From the NCBI GenBank assembly GCA_964016885.1, contig OZ024743.1, positions 361,150,001-361,214,000 on the forward strand: a stretch of 64,000 nt of DNA, given 5' to 3'. This document shows positions 1 through 11,915 of the stretch, one piece after another. The notes below the pieces were generated by a model. It was not told where the DNA came from, searched no databases, and was given only the letters and a program-made list of their open reading frames with translations. Both the position numbers and the translations under genes were made by a program. Positions within the stretch are counted from its first letter, which is position 1. Each line of letters opens with the position of its first letter. This DNA comes from Eledone cirrhosa. Taxonomy: Eukaryota.

Positions 1-1439
1 TGTTATCTATTGAATAAGACGGCAAAGTACATACACCGAAAGCATTTATTATTCAATGAAATTAACCGCATCCAGACATGTTTTGAATAGATCGGCAATG
101 TATTACATTAGAATCGCTATAATATGCGAAATTACTGAGATTAAGTAGAAGTCATCAAGAGAGAAGCGAGACAATTATAACTGATTGTTATATTGCTTTT
201 AGTGGTTTCTGTTCAAATAATCCTTTCACTATGGATGTCTGTGTTCTTGTGGTTATTGTTATTGATACAAGGTCAACTTGTATCTAGCATCTCTTTGTAG
301 AAAGACCTTCGCACCATGACCTCCCAATGTACTCTTCCTTCAAGAAGATGATACTCTCTTCAGTGGACTGAAAGAAAGTGCAGAACTTCTCCTGGCTCTT
401 GTGTGTGTGCGTGCGTATGCATTGTATTTCTTTTTCTCGTGTAAACCCATTCCTGATTGAACATACAAATAACACACAGGTAAACAGTCGAACGATAAAG
501 CGAGGGCCGCAGACCACGCTTCCCAGTTACACGATACTTACATCTTGGTAAGCGTCGTATTGCATGCTCCCACATGACGGATAATACAGGATGTGAGTTT
601 GAACAAATTTAATCTCCACACAGCTTAATTTGTTTATGTGCGTCTATAGATTATAGTGGTGACCACATCAGACGTGGGGTGGGGGGTAGAATCGGTCAGA
701 GAAACAGAGTCGATGTAGTTGTGGGAAAGAGAAATAATTGCTTCAGATCCTAGGTTTATATGTGGAGGCAGCTATACCGAATGACTTAGCATTTCACTTC
801 GCAATGCTGAGTTTGATCTGACAGCGATTCATTAATCATGGCCTCGGGTTGAGAAACAAAGTGCGATTGAAGTCAATTAGAAAGAAACTGTTTGGAATAC
901 TTATATTTTAAAATGGTAGCCTTGTCACACACGATGTCACGCTGTTTCTTCATACGCACAAACCTAAGGGTAAATGTCTCTATAGGATACTGAGTCTCGT
1001 ATACTATACTACGAGGAATAGACAGTTATATAGATCGAACAACTGGAACACAAATCCTTGAAACAGACTGAGAACCATTCTATTTTTCCATGTTTTAAGT
1101 GTATGTAAGTAATCTGGGTTTTCAGTGTTTAAATTTCCCTAAGGCTTTTGTGTAACTGATGAACAGTAAGGATAGTATATTAATGGAATTGATGTTTATA
1201 ATTTCGTTAATTTGAAATCATTTATATTTTTAACAAGGAAAATTATGAACATCATATGGGCTTAAGAAATCTAATTGTCCCAATGTGAATCGTGTAATCC
1301 CAAAAAATCGTGTAAAGTACCAATGGCTGAGAAAAAAAGTTGCCTGAGGCGCACGCGAATACTGCATTTAGAAACATGCCTGCGACAATGAATAATTAGC
1401 ATATATGCGTACAATCATAATTAAGCTCATTTATACGTA

Positions 1440-1473
1440 CACACACACGCACACACACACACACACATATATA

Positions 1474-1570
<97 letters not shown>
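1440..1570. repeat. (CA)n/(TA)n microsatellite
   Basis: Direct reading of the sequence. Confidence 0.98.
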
Positions 1571-1572
<2 letters not shown>

Positions 1573-2195
1573 AAGGTATATATTGAGTTAGGAACTCAAA
1601 ATAGTCTCTTACAATAAAATAGCTCTAAGAAAGAGATATTTCCGAGCCGTATATTATAATTGAATATAAAAGAAAAACGAACATAGATATATACATATAT
1701 GTGTTCAAATCGCAAGGGACCAGATTCGCTAAGGTGACAAGAATACTAACTATAGACAATAGGGTTTGCCTGTCTCAATTTAAGAAGAAATCAAGAAAAT
1801 AAATACAAACCGGAATTGTGGTAACTACCAATCACCCAGACAGCTTGGTGCTGTTTCGCAACACTAAGTAATTGTGAATAGAAATACCAAATCTTGCTCA
1901 TCAGTGGGTGACAAATTAGTATCCTAGACACTTCTAAGTATATTAAGGAACTGAATAGTGTGCTATATATAATAACGCACATGTTATATTAGCGTGTCTC
2001 ACAAACTTACACCAGTAAAAATAGCAGCCAGGTTTATTCGACATTTTATTCGACGTGTTTTTTCTTAAATTGAGACAGGCAAACCTTATTGTCTATAGTT
2101 AGTATTCTTTTCACCTTAGCGAATCTGGTCCCTTGCCAATTTGAACACATATATGTATATATCTGTGTTCGTTTTTCTTTTATATTCAATTATTA
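1571..2195 (-). mobile_element. Non-coding fold-back module (PLE pseudo-LTR-like) between (TA)n tracts
   Basis: About 1653-1790 is an inverted repeat of about 2060-2193 (e.g. gggaccagattcgctaaggtga / tcaccttagcgaatctggtccc). An HHR lies in the spacer and (TA)n flanks both sides. Confidence 0.75.
1832..1911 (-). ncRNA. Type I hammerhead ribozyme, canonical core
   Basis: Minus strand reads ucaccca CUGAUGA gcaa...uugc GAAA cagc accaa gcu GUC uggguga: 7-bp stem I, 4-bp base of stem II, 5-bp stem III, GUC cleavage triplet. Confidence 0.88.
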
Positions 2196-2196
2196 T

Positions 2197-2232
<36 letters not shown>

Positions 2233-2301
2233 TATGAAGAGAGAAGAAACATTTAGATATAATTAGTAATAAAATGTATCATACCTAAACTGTTCCTAAA
2301 T

Positions 2302-2389
2302 TCCTCGACTACGTAGTTTCGTGGCATAAACAAAAACAATATATCAAAGATATAGAGTCCTTGCGAGGTCTGCCGACTTATCAAGAGGA
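2302..2389 (-). ncRNA. Type I hammerhead, U3:A8 variant core (array copy 1)
   Basis: Reverse complement of the motif at 4180-4267. Confidence 0.8.
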
Positions 2390-2889
2390 TACCTCATTTT
2401 ACTAGTCTCAAGAACGCGTCTACACGACGTGAGAAAGAATCCCAAAAGGCGGAGGGGGAGATAGTCACGCGATATAACGGTCGAGAAACAGAGCTAAGCC
2501 TCTTATAACCACGAAGAAAATACCACGGAGGCGGAGGGGGTATTCATATCGAGGCCGCAGAAGAGGTAGTGAAGAAGGCGAGAAGTATGAGTAATGGAAG
2601 CTTTCCAGTTGTCCCCACACTTCAAAGATTGCTCGACCAGAGGGAGTTAATATATTTAGAATCACACAGATACATGCGGACACACACATATATACATGAA
2701 TGCATCCGCACCCAACTGTGAGTTAAGGGTGCCAACTTCACCGATGTTGCTCAATGAATGACTGGGACAGACCAATTCAGTTTGAACCGGACTGAACCAG
2801 TATCAGAGTTAAAAATACATTATGAAGAGAGAAGAAACATTTAGATATAATTAGTAATAAAATGTATCATACCTAAACTGTTCCTAAAT

Positions 2890-2977
2890 TCCTCGACTAC
2901 GTAGTTTCGTGGCATAAACAAAAACAATATATCAAAGATATAGAGTCCTTGCGAGGTCTGCCGACTTATCAAGAGGA
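2890..2977 (-). ncRNA. Type I hammerhead, U3:A8 variant core (array copy 2)
   Basis: Identical to copy 1, offset by 588. Confidence 0.8.
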
Positions 2978-3477
2978 TACCTCATTTTACTAGTCTCAAG
3001 AACGCGTCTACACGACGTGAGAAAGAATCCCAAAAGGCGGAGGGGGAGATAGTCACGCGATATAACGGTCGAGAAACAGAGCTAAGCCTCTTATAACCAC
3101 GAAGAAAATACCACGGAGGCGGAGGGGGTATTCATATCGAGGCCGCAGAAGAGGTAGTGAAGAAGGCGAGAAGTATGAGTAATGGAAGCTTTCCAGTTGT
3201 CCCCACACTTCAAAGATTGCTCGACCAGAGGGAGTTAATATATTTAGAATCACACAGATACATGCGGACACACACATATATACATGAATGCATCCGCACC
3301 CAACTGTGAGTTAAGGGTGCCAACTTCACCGATGTTGCTCAATGAATGACTGGGACAGACCAATTCAGTTTGAACCGGACTGAACCAGTATCAGAGTTAA
3401 AAATACATTATGAAGAGAGAAGAAACATTTAGATATAATTAGTAATAAAATGTATCATACCTAAACTGTTCCTAAAT

Positions 3478-3565
3478 TCCTCGACTACGTAGTTTCGTGG
3501 CATAAACAAAAACAATATATCAAAGATATAGAGTCCTTGCGAGGTCTGCCGACTTATCAAGAGGA
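3478..3565 (-). ncRNA. Type I hammerhead, U3:A8 variant core (array copy 3)
   Basis: Identical to copy 1, offset by 1176. Confidence 0.8.
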
Positions 3566-4179
3566 TACCTCATTTTACTAGTCTCAAGAACGCGTCTAGA
3601 TAAGTCGGCAGACCTCGCAAGGACTCTATATCTTTGATATATTGTTTTTGTTTATGCCACGAAACTACGTAGTCGAGGAATTTAGGAACAGTTTAGGTAT
3701 GATACATTTTATTACTAATTATATCTAAATGTTTCTTCTCTCTTCATAATGTATCTTTAACTCTGATACTGGTTCAGTCCGGTTCAAACTGAATTGGTCT
3801 GTCCCAGTAATTCATTGAGCAACATCGGCGAAGTTGGCACCCTTAACTCACAGTTGGGTGCGGATGCATTCATGTATATATGTGTGTGTCCGCATGTATC
3901 TGTGTGATTCTAAATATATTAACTCCCTCTGGTCGAGCAATCTTTGAAGTGTGGGGACAACTGGAAAGCTTCCATTACTCATACTTCTCGCCTTCTTCAC
4001 TACCTCTTCTGCGGCCTCGATATGAATACCCCCTCCGCCTCCGTGGTATTTTCTTCGTGGTTATAAGAGGCTTAGCTCTGTTTCTCGACCGTTATATCGC
4101 GTGACTATCTCCCCCTCCGCCTTTTGGGATTCTTTCTCACGTCGTGTAGACGCGTTCTTGAGACTAGTAAAATGAGGTA

Positions 4180-4267
4180 TCCTCTTGATAAGTCGGCAGA
4201 CCTCGCAAGGACTCTATATCCTTGATATATTGTTTTTGTTTATGCCACGAAACTACGTAGTCGAGGA
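4180..4267 (+). ncRNA. Type I hammerhead, U3:A8 variant core with branched stem II
   Basis: uccuc UUGAUAA gucggca...ugccac GAAA cuacgua GUC gagga. Stem I is uccuc/gagga and stem III is the palindrome acuacguagu. Confidence 0.82.
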
Positions 4268-4501
4268 ATTTAGGAACAGTTTAGGTATGATACATTTTAT
4301 TACTAATTATATCTAAATGTTTCTTCTCTCTTCATAATGTATTTTTAACTCTGATACTGGTTCAGTCCGGTTCAAACTGAATTGGTCTGTCCCAGTCATT
4401 CATTGAGCAACATCGGTGAAGTTGGCACCCTTAACTCACAGTTGGGTGCGGATGCATTCATGTATATATGTGTGTGTCCGCATGTATCTGTGTGATTCTA
4501 A

Positions 4502-4543
<42 letters not shown>

Positions 4544-4796
4544 ATGTCTCTCATCTCTCACTCCATTAAACAACGTTTGGCTTGTGTCAGACACTGTAAC
4601 CCCGGGTGGAGAAGCAGTACATTTGGTAGGTTTCGAAACTGCCTAAGTCAATCTAAATTCCCGATGACATTGGAGTTATCTGTCTTAAATGTGTATTTTT
4701 ATTTTAAAACAAACAACAACTTTTAAAGGCTGCTCTTAAAATAATGCTTTTCAATACGGCGAAAGGTTCTATTTCTATTATACATATGTGGACTGT

Positions 4797-4877
4797 ACCC
4801 TTTGATAAGTTCAGCTAGATTCTCGCTGTACTAATACGGCTGGCTTAGTTCGGATCTAGCTGTCGAACCGGTCGGAG
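4797..4877 (+). ncRNA. Degenerate hammerhead, U3:A8 core, long stem II
   Basis: UUGAUAA at 4802, then cagcuagau...aucuagcug stem II, then GAAccgGUC. A related partial copy at 42270-42326 (minus) keeps GAAA. Stem I is poor. Confidence 0.5.
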
Positions 4878-4905
4878 ATCAGCCGTCGGTGTCTTGACTG
4901 TTTTC

Positions 4906-4946
<41 letters not shown>

Positions 4947-5154
4947 ACAGAGTGTATTATAGTGAAAACATAACAAGGACGATTGGTTACTCCTTCATTA
5001 CATTTATTGGTTGGTGACGCGTGTTTCGCCACTGATCAGCTCAAGGTTCTATCTGTATCGATCTGTATCGATCTTACACAGATTAAGCTTGACTACAAAG
5101 GGGGTGGACATCATACTAGTACCTAGGTAAGCTTTACAAGAATTTGACGGTAAA

Positions 5155-6045
5155 TTGTGGGAACGACAGAATAGACCAGATAGCTTCGACATTACTATGG
5201 GGTCGACCGACTCCGTGCAGGTTACCGATATAGTAGGCCTATACCTCCTAAATATATTAACAGATGAGATTAGGAGCATAATTAACTTAATAGTTAAAAG
5301 CGTTTCCTCTAGAGTGTCCACCCTCTCGGCAAATAGAACTATCTTCAACCAGCACGCGGAATACTATAACTCCGCACTTGAAAAGGCTGGTTACATTGAG
5401 AAGATATTTTACAATGACCCAACTATAACTGCAACGCCGCTAAACCTAATCAGTCCCTTACAAACGAACATAGACGAGGACACCACACCTAGAACAAATA
5501 ATAACCTAAGACCCTATTTAGCCGACAGGACAGGAAGCGTTACTCACAACTGCCAAAGAGATAAAGCTATACCGTCCAACCCCAATAAGGACTCTGAATA
5601 TCGCACGCGTTTCCATAGTGATAGACACCCGAGATATAACGCCAATAGAATACTAGGAACCCCTATGTCAAATATGCCTGACCAAAACGCACCCAAGCAA
5701 CCACCTAACCACAAAAACGACACTAAACACCGTAAAGCCCGAAGTAGACCTGTGACATGGTACAACGCCCCGTATTCTATACACGTTACCACCAATATAC
5801 CGGCAACCTTCTTCAGGGCTCTTGGAGAATCCTTCCCACACAAACATAAATACCACAAGCTCTTGAATAGATACACCGTAAAATTCTCTTTCTCCACAGC
5901 ACCAAATCAAGGCCACACAATATCACACACTAATAGGACAAAAATACGCAAACACATTATAGCCCCACATCAAACCACTACCACAACCCAGAACGAAACC
6001 ACACGCACAACACAACACAACAACCCACATGCCAGATCCACATAG
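5155..6045 (+). pseudogene. PLE reverse transcriptase remnant (catalytic YxDD region deleted)
   Basis: RT motif B-like MGS..S..V.DIVGLYLL joins directly to the thumb; compare the intact YRDDG region at 47729-47980. Confidence 0.8.
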
Positions 6046-6094
6046 CATTTGAATAACCAACAACGTGCCACCAAACCTGTAACTCCCAACTGAA

Positions 6095-6510
6095 ACTGCA
6101 AAAAGCTGGTAGAATGCCCACTAAACGGGGAGTGCCTCGTTAAAAACATTATTTACCGGTGCAATGTCACAGCTGGCAATAAAGAGTAATCCTATATATG
6201 TGAGACCTCCACTACGTTTAAGGAGCCCTGGTATAGCCACAGAAGCTCATTTAAACACAGGCTCAAACGATCCCATACTAGACTAGCCGATTTTATCTGG
6301 GATCTCAAGGACAAGAACATCGAATTCCAGATCATATGGTCAGTCAAAAGATGCGTGGCCCAACTTCCCAGTGACAGAAACCACTGCAGGTTATGCTTGG
6401 CCGAGGTGGCTGAGATAATTAAATTGAAATCTGCTATAACCTCTAGGTCTGACATAATTATAAATTGTAGACACACCAAGTTGAAAACCCTCTCTGCACA
6501 AATATTCGTT
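6095..6510 (+). pseudogene. PLE GIY-YIG endonuclease remnant
   Basis: CPLNGECLVKNIIYRCNVTAG..*SYICETSTTFKE...CRLCLAE...NCRH, with one in-frame stop. Confidence 0.8.
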
Positions 6511-6569
6511 TGAGGCCCGCACACTAACCATGACTCAACATAATGATAACCACCTTTGCCTTGCCACAC

Positions 6570-7345
6570 CGTCCCTCATCTCAGTGCATTTGTTATATAT
6601 ATCATGTAACCCTTTGTAAGTTCAGATTTTGTAAATATCATACCGCATCCATCACCCCCACCAACAGACACATCGCCATACATCCCTCATCTCAGTAACA
6701 TTGTGTTATATCTGTCCTCTCTATTAGGTTTTACCATGTAAACCATAGTAACATACGGTCCTGTAAATATAATGTCGAACGTATCACCCCATCGCCACCA
6801 ACACCACCACCATACACATCGCTATACGTCCACCATTCCTCATTCATAACCTTGTTTCCCCGTGTTCCCTCTATCATTTTTTAATCTGCAATCCTCCGTA
6901 AAATTCGATCCTGTAAATATTCTGACGCACACACCATCATCCCCCCTCCCCCACCAGATACATCTCCATACTTCAACACTCATTAAACATCATTAACATC
7001 ACCAACACATATCATCCCTCCCTCTCAGAACCATTGCGTTATATCTGTCCCCTGTGTCAGGTTTTACATTGTAAACCAGCGTAACATCCGATCATTGTAA
7101 ATATAATGTCAAACATATCACTCCATCGCCACCACCACTACCACCATACACATTGCTATACGTCCACCATCCCTCATTCACAACCTTGTTTCCCCGTGTT
7201 CTCTATGTCACTTTTTAACCTGTAATCCATCGTAAAATTCGATCCTGTATATATTTTGTCGCACACAACACCACCACAAGGCACATCTCCATACTTCAAC
7301 AATCATTAACATCATTAACATCAGCAACACATATCATCCCTCCCT
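6570..7345 (+). repeat. Degenerate tandem array in the PLE 3' region (about 330-bp duplication built from shorter related subunits)
   Basis: 6681-7020 is repeated at about 7013-7344. Subunits share ccctcat...tgtaaata...acatc.ccatac. Confidence 0.8.
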
Positions 7346-7839
7346 AAAGAACGCAAGGGTGTGTGTCTGTGTGTACATTTGTGTACACATACGTATATTT
7401 ATATGTACAACGCCATCTCCACTGGCTCCTCTCTCTCTCTCTATACATATATATATACACATGTGTATGTATACTACGTTTTTGTCAGACTAAAGTGTGT
7501 CTATGTATGTATCTCCTTATTGAATTTGACTCCACCAACACTTCCATCACACCACCATAAACACCATTACCACAAGCAACAAAACCACACCTAGACCACA
7601 CACAATAATCAGCCACAAATATATGCCAACAATCTACCGACAATACACAAACCCCACACCACCGCCCACTTCAGCCTGCGACCTTCACCACTATCTCATC
7701 ATCACATCCAACTTCACATGCTCTACAGGCAAAAAATCCCTATGAACTATCCCACCAATCAAAACAAACTTTATTGACTAACATATGAACTTCTGACTTT
7801 ATCATATAGCATGTATTCATTTTCTACGAGCATTTCAAG

Positions 7840-7926
7840 TGGTCCGTCGAGCCGCAGATTACTGAGTCGGGTAATATCGATACAGATCGAACCTTCAGCT
7901 GCTTAGTGGCGAAACGCGCGTCACCA
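7840..7926 (+). ncRNA. Hammerhead-like motif in PLE pLTR, variant core CCGUCGA
   Basis: uggu CCGUCGA gccgc...guggc GAAA cgcgc GUC acca. Confidence 0.6.
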
Positions 7927-7974
7927 ACCAATAAATGTAATGAAGGAGTAACCAATCGTCCTTGTTATCTTTTC

Positions 7975-8019
<45 letters not shown>

Positions 8020-8248
8020 TATGGAAAGTTATATTTAAATTGTTGGGTTAACAACGAGTAAATATTTATAACTGATATAAAAGCACTCAACAAGTATTTG
8101 GAGTATTTTTCTTCGTTTTTCTTTCTTTCTTGCTCTCTTTCTTTTTACAACTGTCCATAATGTTTTTACTGCCAAATCAACTTCCCAAATGCAAGTCGAT
8201 TGAAAGGTATGTCGTATCTATTTATTTATAAGACTGTTTATATTGTAT

Positions 8249-8308
8249 TTTGTCTGAAGAAGGCATAACATATTGTTAATATGATATCCCTGAAATATAT
8301 ATAATGAA
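8249..8308 (+). ncRNA. Hammerhead-like motif, core CUGAAGA
   Basis: uuugu CUGAAGA agg...ccu GAAA uauau AUA augaa. Stem I is weak and wobble-rich. The module lies between (TA)n tracts. Confidence 0.5.
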
Positions 8309-8348
8309 ATAAATATGGTTTTATAAATATAGTTTCCATTTATTTAAT

Positions 8349-8435
<87 letters not shown>

Positions 8436-9615
8436 TCGATGCAAGTGACATACATATATATATATTGATGTACAGTGTGGAGCGGCATACATTATACTAT
8501 ACTATGTTTGTATAGTAATTCAAATTAGAATTAAAAGTAAAATTAAAATACATGCGACAGATAACACAGATAATGCAGGATAATAGTTCAATAATCAGAT
8601 CTAGTAGATAGTGTATGCGTTAGTCATACATGGGGCATACAAATGTGTATCATTTATATAAGAGCATTGTATGGCAAGGTATTACATGTAATGCATGCAC
8701 TTTAAGCGGGTAAGCAAGATATTATGGTGGTTGCAGGGGGGGGGGGGGTACAGATCAAATTAGTATGTGTGCAGACAAAGAAAGTTATAGTTTTCACATC
8801 CTTCACCATTTTCACATCCAGAAAGAGGAAGTTATAGTTTTCACATTCATCACATATGTTACGATGTATTCGTATTGAATGTTTGTTGTAGTAAAGGATT
8901 GTAACGCATTGAAGCTCAGTGATATATAATCCATATTTATATGCGAGAATTTACAGCGGTTTAATATCCGGAAGTAGGTATGTAATTAAGGGGAGCTAAT
9001 GCGTAAGGGGCGGTAACTAGCTGATTCTCATAACTAAATTCATTGTTCCAACATACATTATATGTTGCCTCAATTGAGTCCCTTATATATTTATATTTAA
9101 TTTCAAATACAGTCTACTCTCTCATAATGTATTAAAGGTATCTATAGGAAGTTGTTTACTCCTTATTATATAGTCCTATAATTGAATTTTCCACCCAAAT
9201 TGCTATATCTATATATCAAATTCACTTTAAATACAGTCTGGTCTCAAAACATATTAAAGGTCCACTTAGATTTTCTTCTACATAACCTTAGGTAAGCTAT
9301 GTAACAGCGTACGGTGGTTTGCATGATAAAATTAGATACATCCCTTGAGTAAACAAATTCACCCCCCATACACAATGTCATTAATATATCCACTTAGTTA
9401 TAAATGCATATATGATTCATATATAATTTATATTACATATAAGTTAGTGAAATCTCTTATGTTAATAAATTACTCCTATATATACCCAATGTTATTACTC
9501 TATACATTTAAGTACAAGTGCATGTACATTTAAGTACAAGTCATGTTCATTGTTGTATCTAATATTTAAAGTTTATATAAACTGTATTATATTTCAATCC
9601 CTATATAATTATAAG

Positions 9616-9802
9616 TAATTGTTTCTACTTTAGGCACAAGGCCAGCAATTACCAGTGCATTACTGGTACTTTATTTTATCGACCCCGTAAGGATGAAAGG
9701 CAAAGTCAACCTCGGCGGGATTTGAACTCAGATGGTAAAGGGAGGTAACTATGCTGGAAAGCATGGCGTCCGACCCTCTACCGATACTGCCAATCCACCG
9801 CC
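9616..9802 (-). mobile_element. tRNA-derived SINE, full length
   Basis: A box TGGCAGTATCGG and B box GAGTTCAAATCC on the minus strand; TSD tataattataagtaat. Confidence 0.92.
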
Positions 9803-9994
9803 CTTTATAATTATAAGTAATCAAAAGTAATTATATTAAAACGTGGTGATTATATGGATATTTCTAGGGTATAAAGATATAGATAGAATGGTTTGTGTAG
9901 AGAAAAGGGTGGATCAGAGAGTGTGGTGTAGTGGTGGAAGGCAAGCCCTTGATATGCAGTGTTAAAAGTGGTGGTGAGTTCAAATCTGACATTG

Positions 9995-10375
9995 TTATAT
10001 ACTACGTTTAAAGTTTTGGAAAGAATGTCGGAAGCGGTGTTGGCATGACGCAAACACTTCCGACTTTTTATTAAGGAGGTTAAGATTCGAAAATATTATA
10101 GTATGGGTCTCTAGTAGACATAGGTTACAGAATTTATTAGGTGGTTTATACGATGCAGCCCTACCTACTACTTCCCATTGAAGTGTACATGATTTATTCC
10201 TAGTTTTCAGATAGTGTATGTAGCTAGATAGTGAAGTGGAGTTGGCTAGATTGTGGTTTTTGAAAGAATGGAGAAGTGAGTTGTATCTCGTTTTGAAGCA
10301 GTTCGACGTAGAGCCTATATATGTTTCGGAAAAGTTGCTAGTTCTGACCGTGCATGAGTAAATGATTGCCAGATT
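9995..10375 (-). pseudogene. PLE GIY-YIG endonuclease fragment (open frame missed by the ORF track)
   Basis: Manual translation: AIIYSCTVRTSNFSETYIGSTSNCFKTRYNSLLHSFKN...STSLSSYIHYLK...WEVVGRAASYKPPNKFCNLCLLE...LLNKKSEVFASCQHR...*. Confidence 0.88.
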
Positions 10376-10379
10376 TGGC

Positions 10380-11170
10380 TGTATGGGAAAGTAGATGAAA
10401 GGACTATAAAAGCCAAAAATGAAAGGAAAAGAAGGGTAAGGAAGGTCGTTGGGACCACAGAGAAGGAGGGGAGAGGATAATGAGATCTAGGCCTAGCGCG
10501 TGGCACTATTGGGGCTGCGTCCCAGGGACAAAGCTACTAAGGTATTTCCTCAGATATTGTCCAGCAACAGCCGCTGCATCTGCCACCTCACCTCGCAGGA
10601 TCCTTCCTTAGGCGGCCTGCTAAAGTTCTGATGTTTTGAAGGAGCTTGGGAGTAGAGTATCCGAGTACGCCTGAGGCCTCGACAGCGACATGTGCGAAGA
10701 GGAAATTGCTAGAAAATCACCGGTGTTTGTTTATCTTCCGTTCCTCTGCATTGCGGGATGCAGTAAAGGGATTTGTGGCCGATGCGACTAAGTTGGCGGC
10801 AGAGAAAGTATTACAACAATTGGCGTCCCAGATGAAGGACCTACCTCCTTCGATTGGGAAGAGGTAATTCCATCGAGGCGCTTGCCGTTTCCGCGGTCGA
10901 GGCCTGCTGGCTCCAGTTGTGATGGGAAGCCAGCTGCATGCAGGCTGCTTCTCAATATGCCGTTGAAAGCGGCATGTCGAGGGAACAAGCCTGCGCTCTG
11001 GTAGCATGGCAGTAAGTGCAGGCCAACTTGTCTACGATAACCCTACAACGGCATTTATGTGGATCACACACGTGGAGGCCTAGGCTTTGGGCCATTCCGA
11101 TGTGAGTGCACTCGTCATCAAGAACGTTACGGTTTATGAAGTGGGCACCGATCTGCGTCATAAACTGCTT
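10380..11170 (-). mobile_element. 3' fragment of an RLE-bearing non-LTR retrotransposon (CRE-like)
   Basis: Frameshifted motifs CDPHKCRC, RHAAFNGIL, EPAGLDRGNGKRLDGIT, GRSFIWDANCCNTFSA, AEERK, VAVEASGVLG and QRL...GN. Confidence 0.8.
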
Positions 11171-11822
11171 TTTGGCTGTGAAGCGGATCGGAGACAGTTG
11201 AGGTGGTGTTAGAACAAGTCAGACTCGACGCACCTGAAGGAAGACCTGCATTTGATATCGAGCCAGTTAAGTTGGACATTTGAATACTGAGGGAGAGAGA
11301 AGCCTTCGCCTGCCCAGTCTGCCAGGGTGTGCTCGAGCTCTTGGGCCACGTCAGCTTCGGATGTCTTGCTGAGGACCTCACTGACGAGAATGCGACTGGA
11401 GGAGATTGAATAAATGAACGCTGGAAGTGTCAGATCTGAAGCGGATCGGAAACCGAGGCAGCCGTGTGGGTGTGTGTGTGTAGTTTCGTGTGTGTGTGTG
11501 TGTGGTTTTGTGTGTGTGTGTGTGTGTATGTGACAACTTCAGTACGTCTGAGTGTGTGTAGATAAATTCCCTTATGATAAAATTACTAACATAAATACAA
11601 TGTGTCAAATTCGACCTGAGTTATTCAGCCGATGTAGAATAGCCAGTATATGACACACCTGTCTTCAAGCTAGAATCTCGAGGTATGTGAACACATTTCA
11701 AAATAATCCTGCCTAATTACAGTAACACATCATTGTGAAACTTTCAGGTCACTACTCTCTCTTCTTTCACTTTATCTCACCAATTCATAATGATATATAA
11801 TAAAGCCATTTCATCATAATTA

Positions 11823-11915
11823 ATCCCGACGAGGTTAACTTTGCCTTTCATCCTTACGGGGTCGATAACATACTGAGATAATTGCTGGCCTTGTGCCAAA
11901 ATTAGAAACAATTAT
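11823..11915 (+). mobile_element. tRNA-SINE, 3' half
   Basis: gaggttaactttgcctttcatccttacggggtcgataa...ttgtgccaaaattagaaacaatt. Confidence 0.85.

Larger units (their letters stand above)
2227..4507. mobile_element. 588-bp tandem plus inverted array with one hammerhead per unit (retrozyme or non-autonomous PLE candidate)
   Basis: The unit marker attatgaagaga starts at 2231, 2819 and 3407 (period 588). Orientation switches at 3598/3599 and about 1.5 inverted units run to about 4507. I see only about 4 substitutions among copies. Flanked by (TA)n on both sides. Confidence 0.85.
4963..7975 (+). mobile_element. Penelope-like element, 5' truncated and internally deleted (RT remnant plus C-terminal GIY-YIG), with an inverted partial pLTR at the 5' end
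   Basis: ORF 5155-6045 contains DITMGSTDSVQVTDIVGLYLL, YYNSALEKAGY and WYNAPYS...KFSFST. Downstream frames give CPLNGECLVKNIIYRCNVT...FIWDLK...CRLCLAE. 4963-5062 is an inverted copy of about 7877-7975. Poly(A) and (TA)n follow. Confidence 0.9.

Noticed and set aside
2465-4104. 74-aa ORF repeated three times (MCVSACICV...)
   Set aside because: Starts within a (TG)n-like tract, has no recognisable domain, and is repeated only because the 588-bp unit is repeated
2227-4507. CRISPR array or simple satellite
   Set aside because: No repeat-spacer structure; the units are long, near-identical and ribozyme-bearing in a eukaryotic context
9616-9802. tRNA gene
   Set aside because: A and B boxes are present but there is no cloverleaf; it is multi-copy with TSDs, so it is a SINE
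11381-11460. CUGACGA...GAAA
   Set aside because: No closable stem I, II or III
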